Below, one piece after another: positions 8,689-19,076 of a DNA stretch of 64,000 nucleotides (position 1 is the stretch's first letter; each line of letters starts with the position of its first letter). The DNA comes from Gemmatimonas phototrophica (lineage in GTDB: Bacteria; Gemmatimonadota; Gemmatimonadetes; Gemmatimonadales; Gemmatimonadaceae), in the NCBI GenBank assembly GCA_040394885.1, contig JBEBRK010000011.1:9549-73548 (forward strand), given 5' to 3'. The position numbers were made by a program, and so were the translations under genes. The notes beneath the pieces are model-generated. The model did not search any database and was not told the origin of the DNA. It was given only the letters and a program-made list of their open reading frames with translations.

Positions 8689-11600
8689 AAAGGCGAGTCA
8701 GCTTAAACGAAGCCTCCTTACCTGTGAGCTGTTTCAGCATATCGGCGTACACAGAAACCTGGTTCAGATATTTCCCTTCCCGCTGAGTCCAGACTTCTTT
8801 GGATACGGAATCAGTCTTCCAGTCTATCACTTTCCAACTCTCGCCATCAAGATACGCGACATCGAGAACGCCTTCCAGAAGCTCGCCGATCTGATCATCT
8901 GAATTGTAAGAAGATACCTTCAGCTCGAACCGCCGCTCAGGCGCAGTGGAGATCGCCCGCCACTCTTTCGTCTTCTGAAGCTGTTCTAAAATTTCCAGAA
9001 TCTCTGTGGCTTCAACTATACTGAGCCCTTCGTCTGCACACACCGCCCGTACAAACCGCTCAAGATTCAACCCCGATCTTCCCCGCCCCATTCCTTCAAT
9101 ACTGCGATGCACTGCGCTTCCCCATCGAGCACCACGTGCTGCGACCGCAGAACTATCATTTTCAATATCACGCGGAAGTGCAGAGGCTAAAGTATAAAGC
9201 GCATGTTCAACATCTCTGCGTTCGCGGGCAGACTGTGTTACAGTTCCAGTTACATATGATTTCTGTCCGGCAGCTTCAACTCTTTTCTTTGCAACGCTCA
9301 CCTGTTGTTGAATATCATATAAAGTTGAACTGGGTTTAATACGTCCAACTTCAGTAACAGGAGAATGGACCAGGCGTTCGCAATTATCTTCCAGCAATGG
9401 GTGCAGATGCGACCACAGACTGCGGATTAATGTCTTTTCACCCTTTGAACTCACCTTAGTGCCAACTGTTATTATCAGCTCTTCTTCGGCGCGTGTAACC
9501 GCAACATATAGAAGACGTTGGGCTTCAGCAGCAGAAAATAACGATTCTGCACGAACCACATCACTCCACAAATCAGAATGAGCTACTCCGTGACCGCTAT
9601 TATCTGACACGCTCAGGTAGCCAATCGCTTCCCCATTTTCATCGCGCGCTACAACGATTTTCGGTTCATAATTTTTTCTTTCGCCGGATCCAGCAAGAAA
9701 AACTATCTTGGCTTCCAAACCCTTTGATTTATGAAGGTTCATAATACGAACCACGTCTCCGTGTCCTGCACGCAGTGGAGTGTCGTCAGCTTCGTCCTGC
9801 TCGATCATCATGTTGATTCTTTCGACAGCTTCGCTGATGCTGCATGCATTTGGCATTGCCCGCAACGAATCTACTATATGCATCAGGACACCAGCTCGCC
9901 CATCACCCAACTCCTGAGTAGCTGCATAGTAGAGTACGCCTGTATCGACATAAATAAGCTCTAACAGTTCATCGCCAGACATACGCTGACCGCTCTGCCA
10001 CCATGAGTTAAGCAGTTCAAGACCCTGCCCAACTGCACAATCGGTGGATTTAGGTGGACGTATAGCTGTGAAACTATGTCCCGATTTCTTTGCATAAAAG
10101 AGATCTTCCGGCGTACAACCGATGAATGTCCCTTCCAGTGCAGCGGCAATAGCAATAGGATTCTCGGGATCGGCCAGTGCCCGTAAAACCACACAAAGCT
10201 CGACCAGCTCCGACTCCTGGAGCAATGGTGCGCCGGTTGTAGCAACCGGAACATTTCTGAGCGCCAATTCGCGGGCAAACTCTGCTATCTCTTTGCGTTT
10301 TTCGGTTAGAATCAGAAAGTCGCCAGGCTTATTTTGTCCCGATACCACCCTTGAATAGATGTACGATGCAATAAGCGTTGCCTCTGAAGGCGGACTATTA
10401 CCATTAGGCGAATTATTACCAGTCCGGGCAGTTGAATATTCAAATGCATTGAGAGAGATACAACTATTTGAACTCTCTTTAACTGTATCCATTTTAGAGA
10501 AGGGGGCCTGATGCGCAGTTGCAGACTCAGGAAACACCTTTTCGAAATACTTGTTAACCAGCCCACCTATAACAGCTGTAGATCTGAAATTCTGCGTGAG
10601 AGCAACAACTAATCCCAACTCAGATATACGTTTCTTTGCAAAGTCGTATATCTGAATATCAGCACGCCTGAATCTGTAAATGCTCTGCTTGGGATCACCA
10701 ACAAAAAACAGAGAGCCATCCCGAGGGGTGACCTTTTGCCAGACATTCCCTTCTGTGGACGGAGATGCAAGCAAAAAGCATATCTCGGCCTGCATAGGAT
10801 CGGTGTCCTGAAATTCATCTACCAGTAAAAAGCGGAACTTAATTCCAAGACTATCACGGACTTTGTAATTATCCCGAAGCAAGGTTCCAGTATACCGAAG
10901 CAGATCATTGAAACTCAATTTCCCTGTTGCACGCCTTAGCTCTTCAAACTGTTTCGCAGCCTGCTCCAGGAATTTCATTGCAAACTGATAACGATACGAA
11001 CGCCAGTCGTATAAAAGTTTACCGGCTGCGTTAGCAATAAAATCGTTAAAGTCCTCACTGGCTGCCTTTGCCAGGAGTTTTACTTCCTTACTATCTCCCC
11101 ATCGCTTCTGAACAACTGATGCTTCTGTCTTACATGCATTATCCAGATAGTTACAGAAGCTAACCGCATCGTTCCATTCAGGGCGTTTCCTTTTATTAAG
11201 GAGCCCTCTGACTTTGACCATAAGGTTATCCCAGCCGTCGTCTGGAATAACCCTGGGAACGAGTGGCTCGATGTCGCTCAACAAACTATTTAAATCTGTT
11301 CTAACCTTGGACACATCCGGCATATCCAGGGCTTTATAGACAAACGAAACATCGCTGTTGTTTACAAAGCTTTTGAAAGTTTCTAAAAGACCCCGAGGAG
11401 ATATTCCGACCTCAAGCATGGCTTCGTAATCAGGGTCGCTGTTACGAAGTGATCGTTCCAGATGATTATTCCAAAAGTCAGCGCACAGATCATCCCAATC
11501 TTCATCTGTAACTTCACTGAAGTTCGGGTCGAGGCCGACTTCAAGTGGATACTCCCGAAGTAGCCGACCACAAAATGAATGGATTGTGCCAATAAATATC

Positions 11601-11905
11601 TTATTGATGTCATCCAGTGCTTTATTGATGCAAGCTGCCTCTTCGTCAGAAAGATCGCCCTGGTGAAGCGCGGCTTCGAGTGCGACCTGAAAACGCTCCC
11701 GAAGCTCATTTGCGGCCTTACGCGTAAAAGTAACCGCGGCGATGCTTTCTACGCGCGTTCCGGTCTTTATATGCTTCAACATCCTCTTTATGAGAGATGT
11801 GGTCTTTCCAGAGCCAGCTCCAGCCTCGACCAGCATACAGACTCCGAGATTGTTCTCTATCTCCGACCTGGCATTGGAGTCAGTTAACTGTGTTGAAGAT
11901 TGCAT
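8687..11905 (-). CDS. addA: AddA/RecB-like UvrD-family helicase with C-terminal PD-(D/E)xK nuclease
   Basis: Helicase motifs: Walker A AGAGSGKTTSL, DEFQDTDP, and GDPKQSIYRFRRAD. C-terminal nuclease motif: GVLDVAY...KVIDWKTD. The ATG at 11905 is preferred because it lies 1 nt after the addB stop and follows AAGGTGGAGAAGGAG. Confidence 0.8.
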   Translation of the reverse strand: MQSSTQLTDSNARSEIENNLGVCMLVEAGAGSGKTTSLIKRMLKHIKTGTRVESIAAVTFTRKAANELRERFQVALEAALHQGDLSDEEAACINKALDDINKIFIGTIHSFCGRLLREYPLEVGLDPNFSEVTDEDWDDLCADFWNNHLERSLRNSDPDYEAMLEVGISPRGLLETFKSFVNNSDVSFVYKALDMPDVSKVRTDLNSLLSDIEPLVPRVIPDDGWDNLMVKVRGLLNKRKRPEWNDAVSFCNYLDNACKTEASVVQKRWGDSKEVKLLAKAASEDFNDFIANAAGKLLYDWRSYRYQFAMKFLEQAAKQFEELRRATGKLSFNDLLRYTGTLLRDNYKVRDSLGIKFRFLLVDEFQDTDPMQAEICFLLASPSTEGNVWQKVTPRDGSLFFVGDPKQSIYRFRRADIQIYDFAKKRISELGLVVALTQNFRSTAVIGGLVNKYFEKVFPESATAHQAPFSKMDTVKESSNSCISLNAFEYSTARTGNNSPNGNSPPSEATLIASYIYSRVVSGQNKPGDFLILTEKRKEIAEFARELALRNVPVATTGAPLLQESELVELCVVLRALADPENPIAIAAALEGTFIGCTPEDLFYAKKSGHSFTAIRPPKSTDCAVGQGLELLNSWWQSGQRMSGDELLELIYVDTGVLYYAATQELGDGRAGVLMHIVDSLRAMPNACSISEAVERINMMIEQDEADDTPLRAGHGDVVRIMNLHKSKGLEAKIVFLAGSGERKNYEPKIVVARDENGEAIGYLSVSDNSGHGVAHSDLWSDVVRAESLFSAAEAQRLLYVAVTRAEEELIITVGTKVSSKGEKTLIRSLWSHLHPLLEDNCERLVHSPVTEVGRIKPSSTLYDIQQQVSVAKKRVEAAGQKSYVTGTVTQSARERRDVEHALYTLASALPRDIENDSSAVAARGARWGSAVHRSIEGMGRGRSGLNLERFVRAVCADEGLSIVEATEILEILEQLQKTKEWRAISTAPERRFELKVSSYNSDDQIGELLEGVLDVAYLDGESWKVIDWKTDSVSKEVWTQREGKYLNQVSVYADMLKQLTGKEASFKLTRL

Positions 11906-11906
11906 A

Positions 11907-14900
11907 TTACTTCTCCTTCTCCACCTTTTGTTTTGCGCGCCGCTGAATAAGTCCAACATATTCTTCCAGCTGTGCACCGCTTTTCCTGGCCCACTCTACA
12001 CGCGGAGTTTTAGCACTGCCAAACCCATCTATCTTTGAACGACAAATGCTCTGATAATCACAGAACCTACAATCAGAGCTGTCATTGGTAGGGATGAAAC
12101 AGCCGGAATCGACGTGACCTATAATCTGTTCAATAACATGTGCCGACTCCTGAAGCTCTTCACGAGAATAGGAAACACGACTTTGCTGACCTTTCTGGGT
12201 TGGGAAGTGATATTCAAATCCAGCGCTTTGCTCCCCCAAAAGATCTTCAAGTGCGGCAGAATACAAAGCCGGTTGCAGGTTTCTCCATCCGTTAAACCGA
12301 ATTCCAGATGCCTTTGCAAATTTGGAAAGCGATCCAGTCTTGTAATCAACTGCACGGAATCTTCCATTGGGAAGGCGATCAATTCTATCAACACGACCAC
12401 TTATCCCGATACTGGATCCATCCGGCATAATAAACGCGCCAGATAGACCCTCGTATCCAAACTTGTATTCCAGATACTCCCAACGCGATCCATCCCCAGA
12501 TTCTATACGTGAGCGCTCCATCTCTAAAAACATGGTGGCGGACTCACGTATTTCTCTAGCCTCATGTTCGTAGACATTCTGGCTTGGCGGAGGAACGTCT
12601 CTTTTCCACTGTTCCAAAACCTGATCCACTACAGCAGAAAGATCGTCTGCCGCGTGAGGAAGCAGAATCTCATCCTGACGCGACATATAAAGCGCCGCAA
12701 ACTTTTCATAAATCAGATGCAAAACGGATCCGCGCTCTGCGCTGTCTAACCAGCAGTCCGCATCGAACTCAACATCGGGCGGAGCAGACAATCCGATCCC
12801 GTGCCTATACAACCAGGACAACGGACACGTTGACAGCTTTTCCATAGCCGACGGAGACAATGTAGAAATAGATCCGTCTCTCAATGAAATAGGCGGATTC
12901 TGCCGATCCCAACGCTGGAATCGACCCAGGTGCGGCGGAATTGGCCCTGCCTCGTGAGTGAACGTAAATGAGAGTCCTTTGTTCAGTTTAACAAAAGCCT
13001 CCCGCACCAGCTCTTCACCAGCCAACAAAAGTGGCCCTTCCAGGAGATTGGAAATCCAGATATCCCGAGCATCCAAAACGTTCTCCCTATTTACAGCCGG
13101 TGAAACTATCGGGCTCAGATAAGCTCTTAAATCTGAAAATGAGGCCGTTGGCTGATTAAAAAATTTCCTGTAAAGATTGAGTATAACCGGTGAGGGACCG
13201 AGTTCAGCCCCACCCATCTGCCCGGCCACAGAGTAAGAAAATGTTACCTTACCTTTTAATCCTGATAGCGCTGAAAGTACTGCATGAGTTAAAGAATCCC
13301 GTTTCTCTGCAAGAGACTGTAGTGCGCTCTCTGGGAGCTTAGCGCGAATACTATCATTTAACAGCGGATCTGAATAAGGGCGCCCCAAACCCTTTTCGGA
13401 ATCCATACCGACAACGAAGGTTCTAGTACGGCCCGTTAAGCCAGACTGAGAGATATCGGATAGATGGATGGCGCCACCACTCGCAGCCCATGGCATATTC
13501 GCACCTGTAATAACAGGCCATGCTTTAACATCCGCAATTGCGCCTCGCACAATTGCAACAGCAGAACTAAACGAAACCTTTTTATTATCGTGAGCAACCA
13601 GCTCGTGAAGACGCTCCTCGATATCTCCAACAAGTTTCTTCTCGGCTGCTGTATATGTCGGAATATGGTCTATCCATACAAGTGTGGCAGCAGCAATACT
13701 TGAAGGTGCAACATAAACTGCATCTTCAACACCAAGCTGTGGTGCCACCGGAATCGCATTCGTAATAGTAATTAAAAAATCATACAGCGCTGAAACAGTC
13801 GATATTCTACGTTCCTTCCTATCTTCAAATTCGTGGTCATCTTCACCATCATACCGGGACAGTGATCCAGGATATTCACCGGAATCAACTCTACTGATAA
13901 AGTCGAGATACCGTTGACGCCCCCAACCTATACCTGTTTTTCTTAGTTCACGAGCTACAGCGCTTGCAGATACATAACGCCCCGAGGGCTTGGCGTCGAC
14001 GTACGCCTCCTGCACGCCGGCTTTGGCATCAAAGTGTACCTCTCCAGCCTCAAGAGCCTGCATAAGAGCTTTGACGTGCAGCCCACCCGATATCCACTGA
14101 AACCAACTTTCCAAAGATCGCCCAACACGAGTGCGGGAAGGTGAAATACCGCTGGAAATAGTTATCGGAATATTCAACTGCCGCGACAAAGTATCGAGTA
14201 TAACTCCGTATCGCTCAACATCGCTCGCTACAATCGCCACCTCATCCCAGCGCAAGTCTTCTGCTAACACTCTACGCAAAACTTCACGCATTTCATCGGT
14301 AGGTGTAGAAGCCGCAAAAAGCTCAACATCACATGGAATATCCTCAAGCTGACCGATCTGATCCGAGACAACCTGTGCACCTATCCCAATCAATTTGGCA
14401 ACCAGCTCACCTCGCAACCCTTTCAAATGCGGAGAGTTACAGATGTAAAGCTCTGCATCCAGAACAAAGGGCTGCTCGATGTCAAACTGTTCCAGCGCAA
14501 TTGCAAAAACATCGGCGGTATCTACCAGTTCACGCGCATTCAACTCTTCTTCGTACAGAGCTTTAACGTGTTTAAGCTCGGTTAAGACAGCTGCAGAAGT
14601 AATATCAGAATCGATCTGTCGTAGCTGCGCGGCAAGCAACTCCAGGAAACTGTTTTTGATTCCACCCATTCGCAGCTCTAAAACAGAGTTAAGCAAACTC
14701 TGTCTAAACCCCAGACTACCTTCAAGTTCAGCGAACCTTCTGGCAAGCCCTGTACGACAGGCTGTGTCGAAAGAGCGGTTTGCCAGGACTCGTCGTTCTA
14801 TATCTCCAACGACACGCTTACCGATGCTATGAATCTCAGAGAACGATAACTCTTCTGCGATTCTATATATAGTAGTGGCTTCCCAACCTATCCAACCACC

Positions 14901-15047
14901 CGTCTGTTTTGCCAACGCTGCAAGAGCTTCACGTCCAACTTTAATAGAGTCGTGAATCAACAGCTTTCGTGTATGCTCCTTATTTCCACCATGGAGATCA
15001 GCGAGTTTATCGATAAGATTCATCACATCATATCCATGTAACAGCAC
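11907..15047 (-). CDS. addB: AddB-like PD-(D/E)xK nuclease subunit with Fe-S cluster cysteines
   Basis: Nuclease motif GRVDRIDRL...AVDYKTG. Cys pattern STCPLSW ... CRFCDYQSIC (C...CxxCxxxxxC). No Walker A in the N-terminal region. Start is either GTG at 15047 or ATG at 15023. Confidence 0.75.
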   Translation of the reverse strand: MLLHGYDVMNLIDKLADLHGGNKEHTRKLLIHDSIKVGREALAALAKQTGGWIGWEATTIYRIAEELSFSEIHSIGKRVVGDIERRVLANRSFDTACRTGLARRFAELEGSLGFRQSLLNSVLELRMGGIKNSFLELLAAQLRQIDSDITSAAVLTELKHVKALYEEELNARELVDTADVFAIALEQFDIEQPFVLDAELYICNSPHLKGLRGELVAKLIGIGAQVVSDQIGQLEDIPCDVELFAASTPTDEMREVLRRVLAEDLRWDEVAIVASDVERYGVILDTLSRQLNIPITISSGISPSRTRVGRSLESWFQWISGGLHVKALMQALEAGEVHFDAKAGVQEAYVDAKPSGRYVSASAVARELRKTGIGWGRQRYLDFISRVDSGEYPGSLSRYDGEDDHEFEDRKERRISTVSALYDFLITITNAIPVAPQLGVEDAVYVAPSSIAAATLVWIDHIPTYTAAEKKLVGDIEERLHELVAHDNKKVSFSSAVAIVRGAIADVKAWPVITGANMPWAASGGAIHLSDISQSGLTGRTRTFVVGMDSEKGLGRPYSDPLLNDSIRAKLPESALQSLAEKRDSLTHAVLSALSGLKGKVTFSYSVAGQMGGAELGPSPVILNLYRKFFNQPTASFSDLRAYLSPIVSPAVNRENVLDARDIWISNLLEGPLLLAGEELVREAFVKLNKGLSFTFTHEAGPIPPHLGRFQRWDRQNPPISLRDGSISTLSPSAMEKLSTCPLSWLYRHGIGLSAPPDVEFDADCWLDSAERGSVLHLIYEKFAALYMSRQDEILLPHAADDLSAVVDQVLEQWKRDVPPPSQNVYEHEAREIRESATMFLEMERSRIESGDGSRWEYLEYKFGYEGLSGAFIMPDGSSIGISGRVDRIDRLPNGRFRAVDYKTGSLSKFAKASGIRFNGWRNLQPALYSAALEDLLGEQSAGFEYHFPTQKGQQSRVSYSREELQESAHVIEQIIGHVDSGCFIPTNDSSDCRFCDYQSICRSKIDGFGSAKTPRVEWARKSGAQLEEYVGLIQRRAKQKVEKEK

Positions 15048-15279
15048 GCCGTGAACCCAGGAGTGCCATCATTATATCGATCCATTTATAAGTCTTTGAA
15101 ACAACCTGAGCGAGTTGATTAATCGGTACCTTACTCTTTGATTTTCGCTTTTCCATAGAGTTCTTTAACAGTTTATTTCTCTATATTTCCGACAATATAG
15201 ATAAGTTCAACCTAAAAGCCCCCTCTGACAAGAGGAAAAGCGTATTCATATTGATAAAGAGCAAAAAAAAGGCCCCCAA

Positions 15280-15333
15280 TGAAGTGACCCCCAAAAGTAT
15301 GGACATTGCGTCCAACTTTTGGGGGTCACTTCA
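15280..15333. repeat. Conserved extragenic hairpin element, copy 1
   Basis: An 18-bp perfect stem GAAGTGACCCCCAAAAGT / ACTTTTGGGGGTCACTTC encloses an inner TGGAC-ATTGC-GTCCA hairpin. It lies 40 nt downstream of the prolyl oligopeptidase stop. Confidence 0.85.
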
Positions 15334-15372
15334 CAATTCAATTGAACTGGAGCTTTTTTCTATTTTCCTTAG

Positions 15373-17571
15373 TTAAAAAGATGCTGGCAACTTCATGTTA
15401 AGGATTTTGAATAAAAATCCAAAACGATCCGCAGCTTCATCAATAACCTTGCTGGTCGGCTTACCAGCACCATGACCGGCCTTTGTTTCAATTCTGATAA
15501 GAATTGGGGCATCACCACCCTGCGCGGCTTGCAGAGCTGCTGCATATTTAAACGAGTGCCCAGGAACAACTCTATCGTCATGATCTGCTGTCATAACCAT
15601 AGTCGCTGGATATTTGGCACCGACAGCAATATTGTGAACCGGCGAGATCTTCAACAGTGACTTAAACTGTTCCGCATCGTCAGATGAACCGTAGTCAGAT
15701 GTCCATGCCCATCCAATTGTGAACTTCTGGAAACGCAGCATATCCATAACACCAACTTCTGGAATACCGGCAGCAAACAGATCAGGACGCTGATTTAGAA
15801 CTGCACCAACCAACAATCCGCCATTTGAACCACCATTAATCGCAAGCTTTGAAGTAGATGTGTATTTGTTTTTGACTAAATATTCTGCAGCTCCGATAAA
15901 ATCATCGAAGACATTTTGCTTCTGCAGTTTAGTACCAGCGCGATGCCAGTCCGAACCAAACTCTCCGCCTCCACGCAGGTTAGCAACCACATAAATACCA
16001 CCCATCTCCAGCCATACGAGATTGCGTGGGCTGAATGATGGTGTCAATGAGATGTTAAATCCGCCGTAACCATACAACAGAGTTGGATTGTTACCATCCA
16101 GAACAGTCCCCTTCTTCATAGTGATAAACATTGGGACCTTTGTACCATCCTTGCTTGTGTAAAACACCTGCTTTGTTTCAAACTGAGATGGATCAAACTT
16201 CAACTTGGGAGAACGGAACACCTTGCTCTCGCCGGTATTTGGATCATACCTGTAAACCGACACAGGAGACAGATACGACATGAACCCATAAAACACTTCA
16301 TTGTCGTTTGGACGGCCACTGAGCCCGGCCAAAGAACCAAGCCCTGGAAGATTCAAAGACTTCTTTTCTCCCAATGCCGGATTTGTAGCAGCAACAGACT
16401 CTTCTGGCAACGCATAAGATGCTACCGCACTATGAGCATTGTACAACGAAACCGTAAACAGCCTGCGAGCAAATATGGAAGCGCCACGAAGAGCCTCATC
16501 TGACTGAGGAACTACAGTAGTCCAATTCGCTATATCCGGCTTTGCGAGATTAAGTGCAACTACACGCCCCCTTGGTGCATCAAGATTGGTTCGTACATAA
16601 AATACACTTCCCACATTACCGATAAATTCATATTCGGCTTCCTTTGCTCCAATCAGCTCTACAACCTTTCCGTCAAAGCTGGGAGCATCTGCATTCTGAA
16701 GATCCTTATAGAAGATAAGGTTGTTTGGGTCGCTACCCTTGTAAGCAGACAGAACCAGATAACGAGCGTCTGTCGAAAGAGAAAGCGACCAGATCCAATC
16801 TGGACGATCTGCTCTTTCATGAATCAGAATATCTTCGGACTGACTTGTTCCAATGCGGTGGTAGTAGATCCGTTGATTTCTAACTACCTGTTGCAGCGCA
16901 GTCTGTGCATCCGGTTCATCGTAACGCGCATAGAAGAATCCCTTCTCGTCTTTAGTCCAGGTTGGCCCTGAGAATTTGATCCATCTGATTGTATCAGCCA
17001 GATCTTTTCCACTAGCTACATCACGAACACGAACTTCAGTCCAGTCGGAGCCTGAAACAGCAACGCTGTAGGCCAACAGATTTCCCTTGGGAGATGCAAC
17101 ACTACCGCTGACAGCTACAGTTCCATCGGACGCAAGCGTGTTCGGATCCAACAGCACTCGAGCTGTACCGTCGAGACCATCCTGAACGTAAAGAACGGAT
17201 TGGTTTAACAGCCCTGAGTTATAACTATAGAAGTATCTATTCTCGCGCTTAACCGGCACATCATAACGCTCAAAATTCCAGAGACTATCGAGGCGCGTAC
17301 GAATTTTGGCGCGCTCCGGAATACCTGAGAAAAATGATTCGGAAATTTTGTTCTGTTCAGCGATCCACTTACGTGTCTCTTCCGAATCGGGATCTTCCAA
17401 CCAGCGATATGGATCGGAGACTTTAGTTCCGTGATAATCATCTACCTGATCGCTTTTACGTGCATCCGGATACTTGTAAGCTCCTTTGTTTTGAGCTTCT
17501 AAATCCTGTGATGCAGCATTGAAAATTATTCCAGTCACTGAGGCAGCTAATAAAATTTTTGAACGCAACAT
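15373..17571 (-). CDS. Prolyl oligopeptidase (S9A), secreted
   Basis: Signal-like N-terminus and beta-propeller region. Catalytic motifs present: GGSNGGLL (Ser), ADHDDRV (Asp) and KAGHGAGK (His). Confidence 0.9.
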   Translation of the reverse strand: MLRSKILLAASVTGIIFNAASQDLEAQNKGAYKYPDARKSDQVDDYHGTKVSDPYRWLEDPDSEETRKWIAEQNKISESFFSGIPERAKIRTRLDSLWNFERYDVPVKRENRYFYSYNSGLLNQSVLYVQDGLDGTARVLLDPNTLASDGTVAVSGSVASPKGNLLAYSVAVSGSDWTEVRVRDVASGKDLADTIRWIKFSGPTWTKDEKGFFYARYDEPDAQTALQQVVRNQRIYYHRIGTSQSEDILIHERADRPDWIWSLSLSTDARYLVLSAYKGSDPNNLIFYKDLQNADAPSFDGKVVELIGAKEAEYEFIGNVGSVFYVRTNLDAPRGRVVALNLAKPDIANWTTVVPQSDEALRGASIFARRLFTVSLYNAHSAVASYALPEESVAATNPALGEKKSLNLPGLGSLAGLSGRPNDNEVFYGFMSYLSPVSVYRYDPNTGESKVFRSPKLKFDPSQFETKQVFYTSKDGTKVPMFITMKKGTVLDGNNPTLLYGYGGFNISLTPSFSPRNLVWLEMGGIYVVANLRGGGEFGSDWHRAGTKLQKQNVFDDFIGAAEYLVKNKYTSTSKLAINGGSNGGLLVGAVLNQRPDLFAAGIPEVGVMDMLRFQKFTIGWAWTSDYGSSDDAEQFKSLLKISPVHNIAVGAKYPATMVMTADHDDRVVPGHSFKYAAALQAAQGGDAPILIRIETKAGHGAGKPTSKVIDEAADRFGFLFKILNMKLPASF

Positions 17572-17577
17572 TTTTTG

Positions 17578-17937
17578 TTAATCCTCTATCTCACCGACAG
17601 ATGTGGCCCAGCCATTAAAACCCTGGCTCATGGATGAAACATTTGAATAACCCATCTGTTGCATCGTATCGGCTGCCAGCGCCGAACGGTTCCCACTTGC
17701 GCAGTAGATAACAACTTTCTTATCACGATCTACCAGCGCTTCGACTTTACCTTCAAGCTGCCCGCGTGGGATATGAATAGCGCCTGGTATATGCCCAAGA
17801 TTCCATTCATTTGGTTCACGCACATCAAGAAATATTGTGCTATCATCTCTTTCGGCCTTGGCAGCCTGCGGGGTTACCTCAACTATACGAGCCTTGGCTT
17901 CGTTGATGAGATCAGCCCCTGTTTTATACGTACTCAT
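17578..17937 (-). CDS. Rhodanese-like sulfurtransferase domain protein
   Basis: Contains the active-site loop YCASGNRS and the EWNLGHIPGAIHIP motif. Confidence 0.85.
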   Translation of the reverse strand: MSTYKTGADLINEAKARIVEVTPQAAKAERDDSTIFLDVREPNEWNLGHIPGAIHIPRGQLEGKVEALVDRDKKVVIYCASGNRSALAADTMQQMGYSNVSSMSQGFNGWATSVGEIED

Positions 17938-17944
17938 CTATTAA

Positions 17945-18946
17945 TCAATCTCCTGAATGAACGGTAAGACTTGGATTTATTGCATCTAATGTACACAATC
18001 CGCCTAGCGGAAGTGTCCACTGGTCGGTGACATGCCCAAATGGCAATCCAATTACACATGGAACCCCCAAAGTGTCTGCCACCTCCTTTAATACGTCGCA
18101 GAGGGTGATTTCGCTTGAATCAGCAGCGCAGTCGCCCTGCTCCATACCATCCTTGGTAAACCTGCCAGCGGCGATCCCGACAATATCGGAGATAGAGTCA
18201 GATTGCAGCAGTTGACGTAACATTCGATCAATCCTGTAGACGTCTTCATTAATATCTTCCAGAATCAGAATTCCGCCGCGGGTATCAGGGAAATATTCAG
18301 TGCCTACAAGGGAAGTGAAGACAGCAAGGTTCCCCCCGACAAGACGCCCAGTAGCGAGCCCCGATCTCAAAGCAGACACGCCAGATATCTGGTCAGCAGA
18401 TCCCACCTCTGCATTAACTGCATCCGTGTCCGCCGATCCCGCCTCTTCACAAACAACATCCTTGTCATTTTTTTTCATCACATTCATAAATGAATTGCGT
18501 GAAAAATCAGTTATCGTCTCTCGTGCAGTTGGAGCATGAAAAGAAACAGCACCACATTTTTTATTGAGAGCAGCATGCAACGCCGTTATATCAGAATAGC
18601 CAATCAGTGGTTTGGGATTTGATCTGATCAGATCAAAATCCAGAAGATCTAAAATACGCGCCGCCCCATATCCACCGCGAATGCACCAAATAGCATCCAC
18701 GCTTGAATCCGCAAAGGCAGCATTCAGGTCTTCAGCTCTTTCGGCATCTGTGCCAGCTAAATAACCATGTTTTTTGCCTACAGATTTACCAACGAGAGGC
18801 TCCCATCCAAAGGAACGTACGTTCTCAATTGCAACGTCTATCTGTTTTAAATCAGATAAAGGGCCCGAAGGCGCAACAATCGCAATCTTTCCATTTACTG
18901 GAATAGATGGCGGAAACTTTAACGAGTGTATGCTCATTGATATCAC
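17945..18946 (-). CDS. ldcA: LD-carboxypeptidase (S66, LdcA-like)
   Basis: Contains the GYSDITALH nucleophile motif and a C-terminal GLPFGH. It also carries an acidic insert, EEAGSADTDAVNAEVGSADQ. Confidence 0.85.
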   Translation of the reverse strand: MISMSIHSLKFPPSIPVNGKIAIVAPSGPLSDLKQIDVAIENVRSFGWEPLVGKSVGKKHGYLAGTDAERAEDLNAAFADSSVDAIWCIRGGYGAARILDLLDFDLIRSNPKPLIGYSDITALHAALNKKCGAVSFHAPTARETITDFSRNSFMNVMKKNDKDVVCEEAGSADTDAVNAEVGSADQISGVSALRSGLATGRLVGGNLAVFTSLVGTEYFPDTRGGILILEDINEDVYRIDRMLRQLLQSDSISDIVGIAAGRFTKDGMEQGDCAADSSEITLCDVLKEVADTLGVPCVIGLPFGHVTDQWTLPLGGLCTLDAINPSLTVHSGD

Positions 18947-19076
18947 ACTTCAACAGTTCAATCGTTTAACCGGCGAACAATATAATTCGAACACACAACA
19001 TCCCCGAAAATGGCACATGCGTTGCCCCTCCGTACCTGACGTAGAGTGTTCTCAAATTTAGCTGAGGTTTTTAAAA

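Noticed and set aside
8687-15047. The UvrD-like helicase plus large PD-(D/E)xK nuclease gene pair was considered as a candidate novel defence system.
   Set aside because: The domain logic matches the housekeeping AddAB/RexAB recombination-repair complex. AddA has Walker A, DEFQD and a C-terminal nuclease. AddB has a nuclease with a C...CxxCxxxxxC Fe-S motif. No methylase, toxin, mobile-element or island features are nearby.
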